Assembly (NCBI GenBank): GCA_034005005.1
Contig: JAVEVO010000010.1
Span: 467 to 64,466, forward strand
Length of the DNA: 64,000 nt
Direction: 5' to 3'
DNA from: Myxococcota bacterium
Lineage (GTDB): Bacteria > Myxococcota_A > JAVEVO01
This document shows positions 28,126 through 37,136 of the stretch, in pieces (the stretch's first letter is position 1; each line of letters begins with the position of its first letter). Under the pieces are notes generated by a model. The model was not told the origin of the DNA. It saw only the letters and a list, made by a program, of their open reading frames with translations, and searched no databases. Made by a program: the position numbers and the translations under genes.

Positions 28126-29847
28126 ATGAGCTCACGCGTTCCCGGGCAGGCCCCGGCGACCGACCAGACCCTCGTCGATGGCGGTCCGGTGAGCAGTCCT
28201 GCGCCAGCGCTCGCGCAGACCCTCTCGCCCTCGCCGGGGGAAGGGCGCCGGACCCTCGTCTCGGCGCAGCGCCTGGCCGGCTCGGGCGCGTGGACCGCGG
28301 GGACCCTGGTCTCGGGGCGCTACCGGCTCCTGCAGACCCTCGGCCGCGGCGGGATGGGTGACGTGCTGTTGGCCGACGACCTGTTCCTGCGACGCAAGGT
28401 GGCGATCAAGACCTTGCACAAGGACATGGCCGCGGACCCGCAGGCTGCCGAGTGCTTCCGGGCCGAGGTGGCCATGGCCCACACCCTCAGCCACCCGGGC
28501 CTGGCCCGCACCTACGACCTCGGCGAGGAGGCTGGCGTCACCTACTTGACGATGGAGTACCTGGACGGGGTCACCCTGGCCCAGCGCCTCGAGGAGGAGG
28601 GACCGCTGGCCATCGATGAGGTCGTCCGGGTGGCCCTGCAGGCGGCCGCGGCCCTCGACGCAGCTCACCAGGCGGGGATCATCCACCGCGACATCAAGCC
28701 CTCGAACATCATGCTCGTGCCGGGCCGGGGGGCGGTGATCCTCGACTTCGGGGTCGCCGCGGCTGCGGACGAGGCGACCGGGGCGAATGGCGTCCACCTG
28801 TCGGGGAGCCACTCCGAGCTGATCCGATCCACCAGCTCGGCGGCCGGGACCCCGAAGTACATGGCCCCCGAACAGTGGCGGGGCGAGCCGCAGGGCGTCG
28901 CGACCGACATCTATGCCTTCGGCGGCGTGCTCTTCGAGGCCCTGACGGGGCGTGCCCCCTTCCTGGCCACGAACCGACAGGCCATGATGTGCGCGCACCT
29001 CGAGGAGAAGCCTCCGGCCTTGCGCACGCTCCGCCCGGAAGTGCCGGCGCGGCTCGAGCGGCTCGTGGCCGATTGCCTGGAGAAGGATCCGGCTCGCCGG
29101 CCGGCCTCCCTGGTCGAGGTGGGCCGCCGGCTGGTGGTGCGCCGGCTGAGCGAACGGCTGGCCACCGCGGGGCTGGCCCTCGCCTGTCTGGTGGCCTGTC
29201 TGGCCGCGGCCGGTGCGCTCTGGGGGGTCGGGTCGTCCCTGCTCTTGCGAGAGATGCGCCCGGCCGTGCAGCGGCTGGCCGAGAACCTGGCCATGCGCAT
29301 CGACGGGGCGGCCCTCGCCGCGGTGAAGGGGCCCGCGGACCTGAAGAGCGAGGCCTTCGAGAAGGTGCTCGTGCCGATGCGGCAGACCCGGCAGGACAAC
29401 CCGGAGGTCGCCTACATCTATGCGATGCGCCTGGAGACCCCGCCGACGGGCTGGATCCAGTTGGTGGACATCGACTACGAGGAGTTCGACCAGAACGGGG
29501 ACGGGGTGATCCAGGAGAACGAGCAAGGCGTCACTCCCGGCGATCCCTGGGACTCCACCGGCTACCCCCGTCTCTTCGAGGCCTACAAGACCAACCACCC
29601 GCAGGCCGACGACGAGTTCGCCGACACGATCTGGGGGTTGCTGCTGGCCGGCTATGCGCCCGTCGCGACGCCGGACGAGGAGCACTTCTACGTGGTCGGG
29701 ATCGACGTGCGCAACGGCCCGCTGCTGACCCTGCGCAACACCCTGTTCGGCGTCTTCCTGGTGCTCGGCCTCGGTGGTGCGGTCCTCGTGCTCGTCGTCC
29801 GTCGGCGCGCCGCGCAGACGTTGCCGGGGTTCATCCGGTCGGTCTAG
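28126..29847 (+). CDS. Hanks-type Ser/Thr protein kinase with a TM segment and extracytoplasmic C-terminal domain
   Basis: GGAGGAGGAGAG RBS. HRDIKPSNIM, DFG, GTPKYMAPE. Confidence 0.9.
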   Translation: MSSRVPGQAPATDQTLVDGGPVSSPAPALAQTLSPSPGEGRRTLVSAQRLAGSGAWTAGTLVSGRYRLLQTLGRGGMGDVLLADDLFLRRKVAIKTLHKDMAADPQAAECFRAEVAMAHTLSHPGLARTYDLGEEAGVTYLTMEYLDGVTLAQRLEEEGPLAIDEVVRVALQAAAALDAAHQAGIIHRDIKPSNIMLVPGRGAVILDFGVAAAADEATGANGVHLSGSHSELIRSTSSAAGTPKYMAPEQWRGEPQGVATDIYAFGGVLFEALTGRAPFLATNRQAMMCAHLEEKPPALRTLRPEVPARLERLVADCLEKDPARRPASLVEVGRRLVVRRLSERLATAGLALACLVACLAAAGALWGVGSSLLLREMRPAVQRLAENLAMRIDGAALAAVKGPADLKSEAFEKVLVPMRQTRQDNPEVAYIYAMRLETPPTGWIQLVDIDYEEFDQNGDGVIQENEQGVTPGDPWDSTGYPRLFEAYKTNHPQADDEFADTIWGLLLAGYAPVATPDEEHFYVVGIDVRNGPLLTLRNTLFGVFLVLGLGGAVLVLVVRRRAAQTLPGFIRSV

Positions 29848-29898
29848 TATCCATGGGCGACAAGGACCTGGTGGTGGGCAGGAGATAGGGCCGAAGGA

Positions 29899-31554
29899 CT
29901 AGCGCGGGGAGCCGGTCAGGTCGAAGGTCGAGGTCGTGGAGTAGCCCCGGACCATGACGTGCAGGACGGCCGGGCTGGTCAGCTCGACGGTGCAGCTCTC
30001 CTTGGAGCCGGAGCGGTACGGGCGGCAGTCGTACAGCTCGGCGGTCGGCGCGCTGCCGATGCGCACGTAGAGGTCGGCGTCGCCGGTGCCGGTCATCTCG
30101 AAGGCGTAGCCGCCCACGGGCAGCACCGGCGTCTCGGTCCGCCACTCGGCGCCCGCCGAGAGGGAGCCGGCCTGGCTCAGCCCCGCCCAGGGGGTCGTCG
30201 GCTCCACGGGCTCCTCGCCGCCCTCCTCGTAGCCGGGCACGTAGACGTTGTCGTGTTCGCCGGTGACCAGCACCACCTGGTGGGAGTCGATGTCGCGGAA
30301 CATCATCTCGTAGGTCCGGGGCGTGTCGTAGGCGAGCAGCCCGTCGACCAGGGCCATGGTCGCCTCGGAGTCCGAGTGGAAGTAGGCGGGCATCGCGTTG
30401 GTGACGAAGTCGAGGTAGCGGCTGCCCTCCGGATCGTCGGGGTTGAGCGCGGCCCGGGTCTGGGCGAGGGAGCCGTCCACGTACGCGAACGTGTCGCAGC
30501 CGTTCATGAACAGGATCAGGTACTGGCCGGAGACCCAGCTCCCCTTCCGGGCCAGGGCGCGCACGTTCTGACCCAGCCCGGCATGGCCGTTGTAGGCGAT
30601 GAGGTCCGCGCGGGTGGAGAGACCCTCGTAGCGGGCGTAGAAGTCGGGGGTGGCCGAGGCGACGTTGTCGACCAGCAGGGCGTTCACCTGCACCGTCCGG
30701 CCGTTGGCCAGCTTGGCGCGGAACTCGATGTCGGGCTCCGCGACGCCGGGGGAGGAGGGCACCGTGGCGGGGGTCGTCTCCAGCCCGAGGTTGCGCAGCC
30801 GCCCCTTCACCGTGGCGACGAACTCGTTGTAGGCCGCGATGCCCGCGTCGCCGGCCGTGGTGGCGCCGTCCTCGTACTTGCCGAAGACCGAGACCACGTG
30901 CAGGACGTCGTCTTCCCAGACCTTGTGATATTCCGGGTACTTCCCCGTGGTGTTCGCGGTCGAGACGACCGCCGAGGCGGTGATCTTGATGACGTCGGCG
31001 CCGGCCAGGGAGCAGCCACGCTGGTTCGGGCGGTAGTAGTACCACATGCTCCCCGAGTCCACGTCGTGCGCGTTCCAGTCGACGCAGCTATCCTTGTACT
31101 TCTTGGTGAAGGCCTCCTGGCCCGCGTAGCTGATGTCCAGCGGCAGGGTCAGCGCGTAGGAGGTGGGCAGGTTGGTCTTGCTGCCCCAGGCCACCGGCAT
31201 CTTGGCGTGGTAGTTCACGCGGGTCTTGCCGTCCTCCTGGGCGGTGGTGATGTCGGAGAGCTCCAGCTTGTCCAGCCGGCCCACCGAGTTGTTCCCGTTG
31301 AGGTGGCCGATGGTGTACAGCAACTGGTCCTGGACCACCCGGCGGGTGTCCCAGGCCGAGTCGGTGAGCAGGGTCCCATCGAACTCGAAGTCGAGCACCG
31401 TGGCGATGATGCTGCTGTCCTCCTTGCCCGGCTCGGCCTTGACCGTCTCGTCGGTGGCGACCGTCTCGGGGGGGGGCGTCTCCTCGCCGCAGCCCGCGAG
31501 GCCGAGGAGCGAGAAGAGGGACAGCAGCACGATGGTGCGTGACGACAGGCGCAT
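29899..31554 (-). CDS. Lipoprotein with a C-terminal pre-peptidase-C-terminal-like domain
   Basis: GGAGGA RBS. Lipobox LGLAGC. 551 aa. Confidence 0.8.
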   Translation of the reverse strand: MRLSSRTIVLLSLFSLLGLAGCGEETPPPETVATDETVKAEPGKEDSSIIATVLDFEFDGTLLTDSAWDTRRVVQDQLLYTIGHLNGNNSVGRLDKLELSDITTAQEDGKTRVNYHAKMPVAWGSKTNLPTSYALTLPLDISYAGQEAFTKKYKDSCVDWNAHDVDSGSMWYYYRPNQRGCSLAGADVIKITASAVVSTANTTGKYPEYHKVWEDDVLHVVSVFGKYEDGATTAGDAGIAAYNEFVATVKGRLRNLGLETTPATVPSSPGVAEPDIEFRAKLANGRTVQVNALLVDNVASATPDFYARYEGLSTRADLIAYNGHAGLGQNVRALARKGSWVSGQYLILFMNGCDTFAYVDGSLAQTRAALNPDDPEGSRYLDFVTNAMPAYFHSDSEATMALVDGLLAYDTPRTYEMMFRDIDSHQVVLVTGEHDNVYVPGYEEGGEEPVEPTTPWAGLSQAGSLSAGAEWRTETPVLPVGGYAFEMTGTGDADLYVRIGSAPTAELYDCRPYRSGSKESCTVELTSPAVLHVMVRGYSTTSTFDLTGSPR

Positions 31555-31792
31555 GTGCGTTCCTCCGCTGGGGGTGACCCGGCCGGTGGTCGGTCGGCTC
31601 CCCCGGAGTGGGGAGCGTCGCTACCGGCAAGTGGTCGGAATGCTAGCGGGCGGACCGGTCGAGGTCAAGGAGCCTGGCGGGCTCGTCGGCGGACCGCAGC
31701 CTCGGGAGGCTCTCCGGGGCGAAGCATTGACTTCCCCTGGCGACCTCTCAAGATAGGAGCCGATCTCACCGTGCGCGAAGAGGAGGACGACC

Positions 31793-33409
31793 ATGCGCAA
31801 GCCATCGCTCCTGGTGCCGGCACTCGTGCTGGCCAGCTTCCTGGTGCTGGGCAGCGGCTGCCGTGAGGACGGCGCCGGCAGTGAAGGGGAAGGCGAGGGG
31901 GAGGGCGCCGAGGGCGAGGGGAGCGAGGGTGAAGGGGAGGGCGCCGAGGGCGAGGGCGCCGAGGGCGAGGGGAGCGAGGGTGAAGGGGAGGGCGCCGAGG
32001 GCGAGGGTGAGGGCGCCACCGGCTTCGGGGCCTGCTGTCTCCTGGAGACGGGCAACGGCCCCTGCGGCGATCGCGTGGACAACGACGGGGACGGCAAGAC
32101 CGATTGCGAGGACTTCGACTGCACCAACAACCCGGCGGTGACGGTCTGCGGCCCCCAGGAGAACAGCGACGACCTCTGCAGCGACGGGCGGGACAACAAC
32201 AACAACCGCTACGTCGACTGCAACGACAACGGCTGCTTGCTCAGCAAGTGGGTGACGGTCTGCCCGGATAGCGAGAACACCGACGCTCGCTGCTCCGACG
32301 GGATCGACAACGACGAGAACGGCTACGAGGACTGCCGCGATTATAGCTGTTCCCGCAATCCTTTCGTCACGGTCTGCGGCGATCCCTGCGACAACCCGGC
32401 AGGCAAGTGCACGGGCTACGCACCCGCCGAGGGCGAGGGCGAGGGCAGCGAGGGCGAGGGCGAGGGGAGCGAGGGCGAGGGCGAGGGGAGCGAGGGCGAG
32501 GGTGAGGGGAGCGAGGGTGAGGGCGAGGGCAGCGAGGGTGAGGGCGAGGGCAGCGAGGGGGAGGGCGAGGGGAGCGAGGGGGAGGGCGAGGGCAGCGGGA
32601 CGCCCTGCGTCTCGGTCTGCGACTGCGATGCGGGGGAAGCCTGCGTCCTCGGTGAGTGCATCACCCCCGACTGGGAGAGCGGCGTCGAGATCCCCTACTG
32701 TTGCGAGGGGTTCGAGTGTCCCGAGGGGTCACCTTGCGAGCACGAGGCGGACGGCAGCCCCGGTTTCTGCGGGGACGACGAGCCGCGGGGCTGCGAGAAC
32801 GGCCAGCTCTGCCTGGACTTCGCCTTCTGCGAGCGGCCGGTGGGCGAGTGCGACGCCGACGGGGTCTGCACGCCCAAGCCCGAGGACTGCCTCCAGGTCT
32901 ACGAGCCCGTCTGCGGTTGCGACGACGAGACCTACGGCAACGACTGCCTGCGCCAGGCCGCCGGCATCTCGAAGAAGGCCGACGGTCCTTGCTGCATCCC
33001 GGAGGGCGAGACCGGCCCGGTGATCCCCGACGCGCCGGAGTGCTGCGGTGATCTGGTCAAGATCTCCTGCGACAAGCCTGCGGAGGATGGTCAGTGCCAG
33101 GGCTGCGACGGGGCCTTCGTCTGCGCGCGCTGCGGCGACGGCCTCTGCGGCCTCGGCGAGAACGCGTGCAACTGCCCTGCGGACTGCGCGACCGTGAACG
33201 ACTGCAAGGCCGAGGGCGAGAGCATCCCGGTGATCCCCAACCCGCCGCAGTGCTGCCAGGGTCTCACGCCCATCTCCTGCGAGCAGCCCATCGGCGGCGA
33301 GTGCCAGTCTCCGCTCGGCTGCGGCTCGCTCTGCACCCACTGTGGCGACGACCACTGCGGAACGGGCGAGAACTACTGCAACTGCCCGGCCGACTGTCCC
33401 GCACCCTGA
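31793..33409 (+). CDS. Lipoprotein with two (GEGEG[SA]E)n acidic linker blocks, Cys-rich DxDxDG repeats and a Kazal-like domain (CLQVYEPVCGCDDETYGNDC)
   Basis: GAGGAGG RBS. Lipobox LGSGC. Confidence 0.85.
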   Translation: MRKPSLLVPALVLASFLVLGSGCREDGAGSEGEGEGEGAEGEGSEGEGEGAEGEGAEGEGSEGEGEGAEGEGEGATGFGACCLLETGNGPCGDRVDNDGDGKTDCEDFDCTNNPAVTVCGPQENSDDLCSDGRDNNNNRYVDCNDNGCLLSKWVTVCPDSENTDARCSDGIDNDENGYEDCRDYSCSRNPFVTVCGDPCDNPAGKCTGYAPAEGEGEGSEGEGEGSEGEGEGSEGEGEGSEGEGEGSEGEGEGSEGEGEGSEGEGEGSGTPCVSVCDCDAGEACVLGECITPDWESGVEIPYCCEGFECPEGSPCEHEADGSPGFCGDDEPRGCENGQLCLDFAFCERPVGECDADGVCTPKPEDCLQVYEPVCGCDDETYGNDCLRQAAGISKKADGPCCIPEGETGPVIPDAPECCGDLVKISCDKPAEDGQCQGCDGAFVCARCGDGLCGLGENACNCPADCATVNDCKAEGESIPVIPNPPQCCQGLTPISCEQPIGGECQSPLGCGSLCTHCGDDHCGTGENYCNCPADCPAP

Positions 33410-33589
33410 CGCACCCCTACTCGCCCATCCTCCCCCCCTCGTCGTGGTGGGCCGCGATCGACCGGAGACCGCGGTTCTGCGCGATCCAGCCGGGGTGACC
33501 GCACTCGATCCCCTCGAGAGCCGCGACCGAACTTCGTGAGCGAAGAGCGCGCAGTCTCGTTCGTACTGCGCGGCGATTTTCGATGAAAG

Positions 33590-33830
33590 CCGTCCATTTT
33601 TTTGTGTGAGATCCATATTGTTTTTTTTGAAATTGTTGATTTTATATCTAGACAGGTGCAGGAAAAGGCGCGAAAAAATCTATATTTGTTTTTTAGGGTC
33701 TTCGATATCTTGAACTACGCAGGAAGAGGTGCGAAAGGGCCTTGATTCTTCATGCAGATATCCTATTATATGAAAGACGAATGGCTTTTGATTTCTTGGG
33801 TCGATATTCTGCTCGGGGAGCGGAAATTCT
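33590..33830. other. AT-rich island (<45% GC) in a 70% GC background. Contains two 18-nt imperfect direct repeats: GCAGGAAAAGGCGCGAAA at 33658 and GCAGGAAGAGGTGCGAAA at 33719
   Basis: Seen directly. Lies between convergent/divergent lipoprotein genes. Confidence 0.6.
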
Positions 33831-33910
33831 TCCAAGGGAACGCTGAGAAACCAGCGAGGAGCAGGGCGCTGAGGAGCCCGCGGCGCCGTGACCGGAGAGG
33901 GCCTGGAGGG

Positions 33911-33926
33911 TGGCATCGGCTTGGCT
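33911..33926 (+). promoter_or_regulatory. sigma54-like -24/-12 element TGGCAT-N8-GC ~45 nt upstream of GTG 33971
   Basis: TGGCATCGGCTTGGCT fits the GG-N10-GC spacing of the TGGCAC-N5-TTGC consensus with one mismatch in the -12 box. The upstream repeats could be enhancer sites. Confidence 0.3.
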
Positions 33927-33970
33927 TCTTCGTCGCACTCCATCGGGACATCAGCAGGAGGTAAGTCTCA

Positions 33971-34708
33971 GTGAAAAAGATCTTAATGGTTCTTTCGTTT
34001 GGGATCAGTACCACCTTGGTGGCTGGCTGCTGCAGCTTCGGCGGCTCCAACGTCAAGCTCGACACGGGCAAGATCGAAGGGCTACGCAAAGTGGCACTGG
34101 TCGGAGTCTGCCTGCAGAAGGACGTGAGCACCATCGCCGGGACCCAGAATACCGGGACCATCCGGGATGGCGGGAAGCTGCTCCTCGGGCCCCTGACCGA
34201 GAGCCTCAACGCCGCCCTGCCGACGCTCTGGACGGGCGTCGAGGTCGTGCCGCTCGGACCGGGCATCGAGGCCGCCGGGCGGACGGTCGGCGAGACGCGG
34301 GTCTGCGCCAACGACCACGACCCGATGCAGGCCGGGGGGTTCGTGGGGGCGCCGGACAAGGCCTATCTGGGCACGCTCGCGACCCGGCTGAACGTCGACG
34401 CGGTGCTCGTCATCTCTGGATATCCGGTGGTCCGGTTCTGGGACGGCAAGGGCGCCAAGCTCTATGTGGCCTCCGTCGGCGACGGCTTCCAGACGACGCT
34501 GGTGAACCGCCTCGGTGAGGAGACGGCGTCCATCCAGTTGCGCGACTTCGAGACCGCCTACTCTCCGGAGATCGCCAGCGCCAACAACTTCGTCGACGTG
34601 AAGCCCATGGGGGAATCCCTGGGCAAGCTGGTCGCCGAGGGGTTCGTGGCCAACGTGCAGTCCCGCGAGTGGAACCCGCCCTCCCGTCCCGGCCTGAGCG
34701 GTCTCTGA
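33971..34708 (+). CDS. Lipoprotein, hypothetical (lipobox LVAGCC). The 5' end has unusually AT-rich codons
   Basis: AGGAGG RBS. GTG start. Confidence 0.7.
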   Translation: MKKILMVLSFGISTTLVAGCCSFGGSNVKLDTGKIEGLRKVALVGVCLQKDVSTIAGTQNTGTIRDGGKLLLGPLTESLNAALPTLWTGVEVVPLGPGIEAAGRTVGETRVCANDHDPMQAGGFVGAPDKAYLGTLATRLNVDAVLVISGYPVVRFWDGKGAKLYVASVGDGFQTTLVNRLGEETASIQLRDFETAYSPEIASANNFVDVKPMGESLGKLVAEGFVANVQSREWNPPSRPGLSGL

Positions 34709-34744
34709 GCAGACCATCGGTCGACGGTCTGCTGCGGCTGTCGA

Positions 34745-35275
34745 CTACCGTTGCTTCCGGGCGTGTGGGCAGCCGCCCGCGGCGTCGGGGGGCGCTACCT
34801 TGGAGCTCGTCGCCGCGCCGCCGCAGGGCTTGCCGTCGGCTCCCGGGCCGTGGGGACAGGCGCAGGGCTTGCCGTCGGCTCCCGGGCCGTGGGGACAGGC
34901 GCAGGGCTTGCCGTCGGCTCCCGGGCCGTGGGGACAGGCGCAGGGCTTGCCGTCGGCTCCCGGGCCGTGGGGACAGGCGCAGGGTTTGCCGTCGGCTCCC
35001 GGGCCGTGGGGACAGGCGCAGGGTTTGCCGTCTCCGTGTCCGGCGCAAGGGCAGGCCTGGCCGTCCACGCCCCGGCAGTGCGGGCAGGGGCAATCCTCGG
35101 GGCATCCGCAGGGCTCGCCGTCGGCGTCCGGCGCGTCGGCCACCGCGGCTGCCCCGGACCCGTGGCCGCCCGCGGCCACCGCGGGGGGGGCCGCGAAGGC
35201 TTGACCGGCGAACAGCAACCAGGCGCAGGCTGCACCGAGTCCGGCCAGCGCGAGCGTTCCTCTCTTCCTCGACAT
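34745..35275 (-). CDS. Secreted Cys/His-rich repeat protein with five tandem KPCACPHGPGADG units; putative metal-binding
   Basis: AGGAGGAG RBS. Signal peptide ...AGQAFA. Confidence 0.7.
   Translation of the reverse strand: MSRKRGTLALAGLGAACAWLLFAGQAFAAPPAVAAGGHGSGAAAVADAPDADGEPCGCPEDCPCPHCRGVDGQACPCAGHGDGKPCACPHGPGADGKPCACPHGPGADGKPCACPHGPGADGKPCACPHGPGADGKPCACPHGPGADGKPCGGAATSSKVAPPDAAGGCPHARKQR
34827..35060. repeat. 39-bp tandem repeat: 4 perfect units, 1 near-perfect, 1 degenerate (GGCTTGCCGTCGGCTCCCGGGCCGTGGGGACAGGCGCAG)
   Basis: Seen directly. In-frame, 13 aa per unit. Confidence 0.9.
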
Positions 35276-35733
35276 CGTCTCCTCCTGTGCCGGCGCGTCG
35301 GCCGGGTGCTCTCCCGTGGGGCCAGGGCTCGGGGATCCACTCCCCGCTGGCCTGGTGGCCCGGTGGCTCTCTCTGGATAGAGGATCGTTGGTCAGAAAGT
35401 CAATAGGATTTGTGGTCTATCCTCGGAGGCCCGGTCCGGGCGGGCGCGCGTGGCCACGCGGTCCGCCGGGGCCGTGGGGCTCCTCCGCCTCGCCGGGCCC
35501 GAGCGGTCTGCCGGGGTCACGGGGTTCCCCCGCCTCGCCGGGCCCGAGCGGTCCGATGGGGCCACCGGCGGCGTTGTCACCCTGGTGATCTGCGCTGGTC
35601 GCGACTCTCCGTCCTCGGCGTGGTGCGGCTTTGGTCCTCGTGCGACCTGGTCTGTCGCAAGTCGGGGCTAGGTTCGAGGAGGAGCTGGCCACCAGGATTC
35701 GGCGTCATCGCCCTGGTCGGCGCTGGAGGAGAG

Positions 35734-35994
35734 ATGCCCGAGCTCGCAGCGACAGACCCCTCCCCGCTCCAGCGCTTCTTCGCTGGCTTGCCGCCTGGTG
35801 TGCCGCAGCTCCGGGCCCACCGGATCCGCGTGGGGACGAATGCCAGCCCCGGCTCGACGGAGGCGCGGGAGGTGCTGGTGGTCATTGGCGTGGTCGAGGA
35901 GCAGCACAAGGTGGCCATCTACCAGGCTGCGTGGGCTGCGGGCTTCGCCGAGGTGCTGCTGGCCCTGCGGGGAGGTCCGGGCGCCGCACGCTGA
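35734..35994 (+). CDS. Small hypothetical protein (86 aa)
   Basis: GGAGGAGAG RBS. Moderate GC3. Confidence 0.45.
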   Translation: MPELAATDPSPLQRFFAGLPPGVPQLRAHRIRVGTNASPGSTEAREVLVVIGVVEEQHKVAIYQAAWAAGFAEVLLALRGGPGAAR

Positions 35995-36021
35995 GCGCGG
36001 ACCACGGACCGGGCGGCGCTG

Positions 36022-36921
36022 CTACCGGGGGCGAGCGCAACGGAAGCCGGCCGCGGGGAAGTCGGGGTCCTCCCAGCCACGCAGGCGCGCGTCGAGGGAC
36101 TGGGCGACGTCACTGAACTTCCCGCCCCGCTGGACCTTGGAGAAGCAGATCCCGCCCCAGCTCGAGCCGTCCGCGGGGGCACCGTCATAGCCCTCGTGCC
36201 AGCAGTCCGCGACCCACTCGGCCGCGTTGCCGAGCAGGTCGCAGAGCCCCTGGGGGCTGTTGCCGGCTGGTCGGGAGCAGACGGGCTGGGGCGCAAGGAC
36301 GCAGCCCGAGCCGCCGCTGTGGACCGCCCGCTCGCAGCTCGGGGGGGTGGCGCCCCAGGGGTAGGCCTCGTGGCGACCCGCGCCGCGGGCCGCATACTCC
36401 CACTGGGCCTCCGTGGGGAGCGTGCCGCCCGCGAGCTGGCAGAAGGAGTTGGCCGCGAACCAGGTGATCCGGTCCACGGGCAGCTCGGCCCGGGCGGGAT
36501 CGCCGTCGTCCGAGGCCAGCGTGCCCTCGGTCGGGCGGGCGCAGGCGCCCGCCGCGATGCACCGCCGGAGCTGGCCGATCGTCACCTCCGTGCGGGTCAA
36601 GGCGAAGGGGGCCAGGCTCACGGGATGGACCGGGGAGGCTGTCGGCCGGTCGGCCTGCCCCATGAGGAAGCTGCCGCCCGGCAAGGAGACCCAGACAAGC
36701 CCGTACTGCCCCTCCTCCACCTCGGGCGAGTCGGTGCCCTGGTCTGCCGGGGATTCGTGACCTTGGTCATGGTCGGCGGCTCCATCCACCGGGGATCCAG
36801 TCCCCAGGTCACCCTGGGCCACGGTGCCGCAGCCGCCGAGCAGGCTGCCGGAGGCCAGGAGCAACAGCAGGAGGAGGAGCGGGAGCAGGGGCCGTCGTCG
36901 CAGGGGGGATCGCTGGATCAT
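36022..36921 (-). CDS. Formylglycine-generating-enzyme/SUMF1-family lipoprotein
   Basis: Lipobox LLGGC. RITWF...CQLAGGTLPTEAQWEYAARG...DLLGNAAEWV. Confidence 0.85.
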   Translation of the reverse strand: MIQRSPLRRRPLLPLLLLLLLLASGSLLGGCGTVAQGDLGTGSPVDGAADHDQGHESPADQGTDSPEVEEGQYGLVWVSLPGGSFLMGQADRPTASPVHPVSLAPFALTRTEVTIGQLRRCIAAGACARPTEGTLASDDGDPARAELPVDRITWFAANSFCQLAGGTLPTEAQWEYAARGAGRHEAYPWGATPPSCERAVHSGGSGCVLAPQPVCSRPAGNSPQGLCDLLGNAAEWVADCWHEGYDGAPADGSSWGGICFSKVQRGGKFSDVAQSLDARLRGWEDPDFPAAGFRCARPR

Positions 36922-37136
36922 GGGGCCTCCAGGGCGTTGACCGTGGCAACATAGCCCATCTCGCGACCGTCGTCAGGGGCGGGAGGCGGGCCGGGCCCTG
37001 CCGGTCGCGGCTTGACGGGCCAGGCGCGCTCCCCTATGCAGCGCCAGACGGAGCACCGGCATCGCCCCGCACCCGCCCAGACGCCTCTGGCGCGGTGCGC
37101 GAGCGCTGCTGCGAGTGTGCGAGGAGCGTTCGTCCC

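Noticed and set aside
31870-32600. CRISPR-like periodic repeats
   Set aside because: The 21-bp periodicity lies in-frame inside CDSs and encodes GEGEGxE. There are no unique spacers and no cas genes.
33680-33943. 87-aa minus-strand ORF inside the AT-rich island
   Set aside because: No RBS, mixed codon usage, and it overlaps the putative promoter/enhancer region of the downstream lipoprotein gene.
35316-35588. 90-aa collagen-like (GPxG-rich) plus-strand ORF
   Set aside because: Arises from a GC-rich repeat in the intergenic region; no start context or codon bias.
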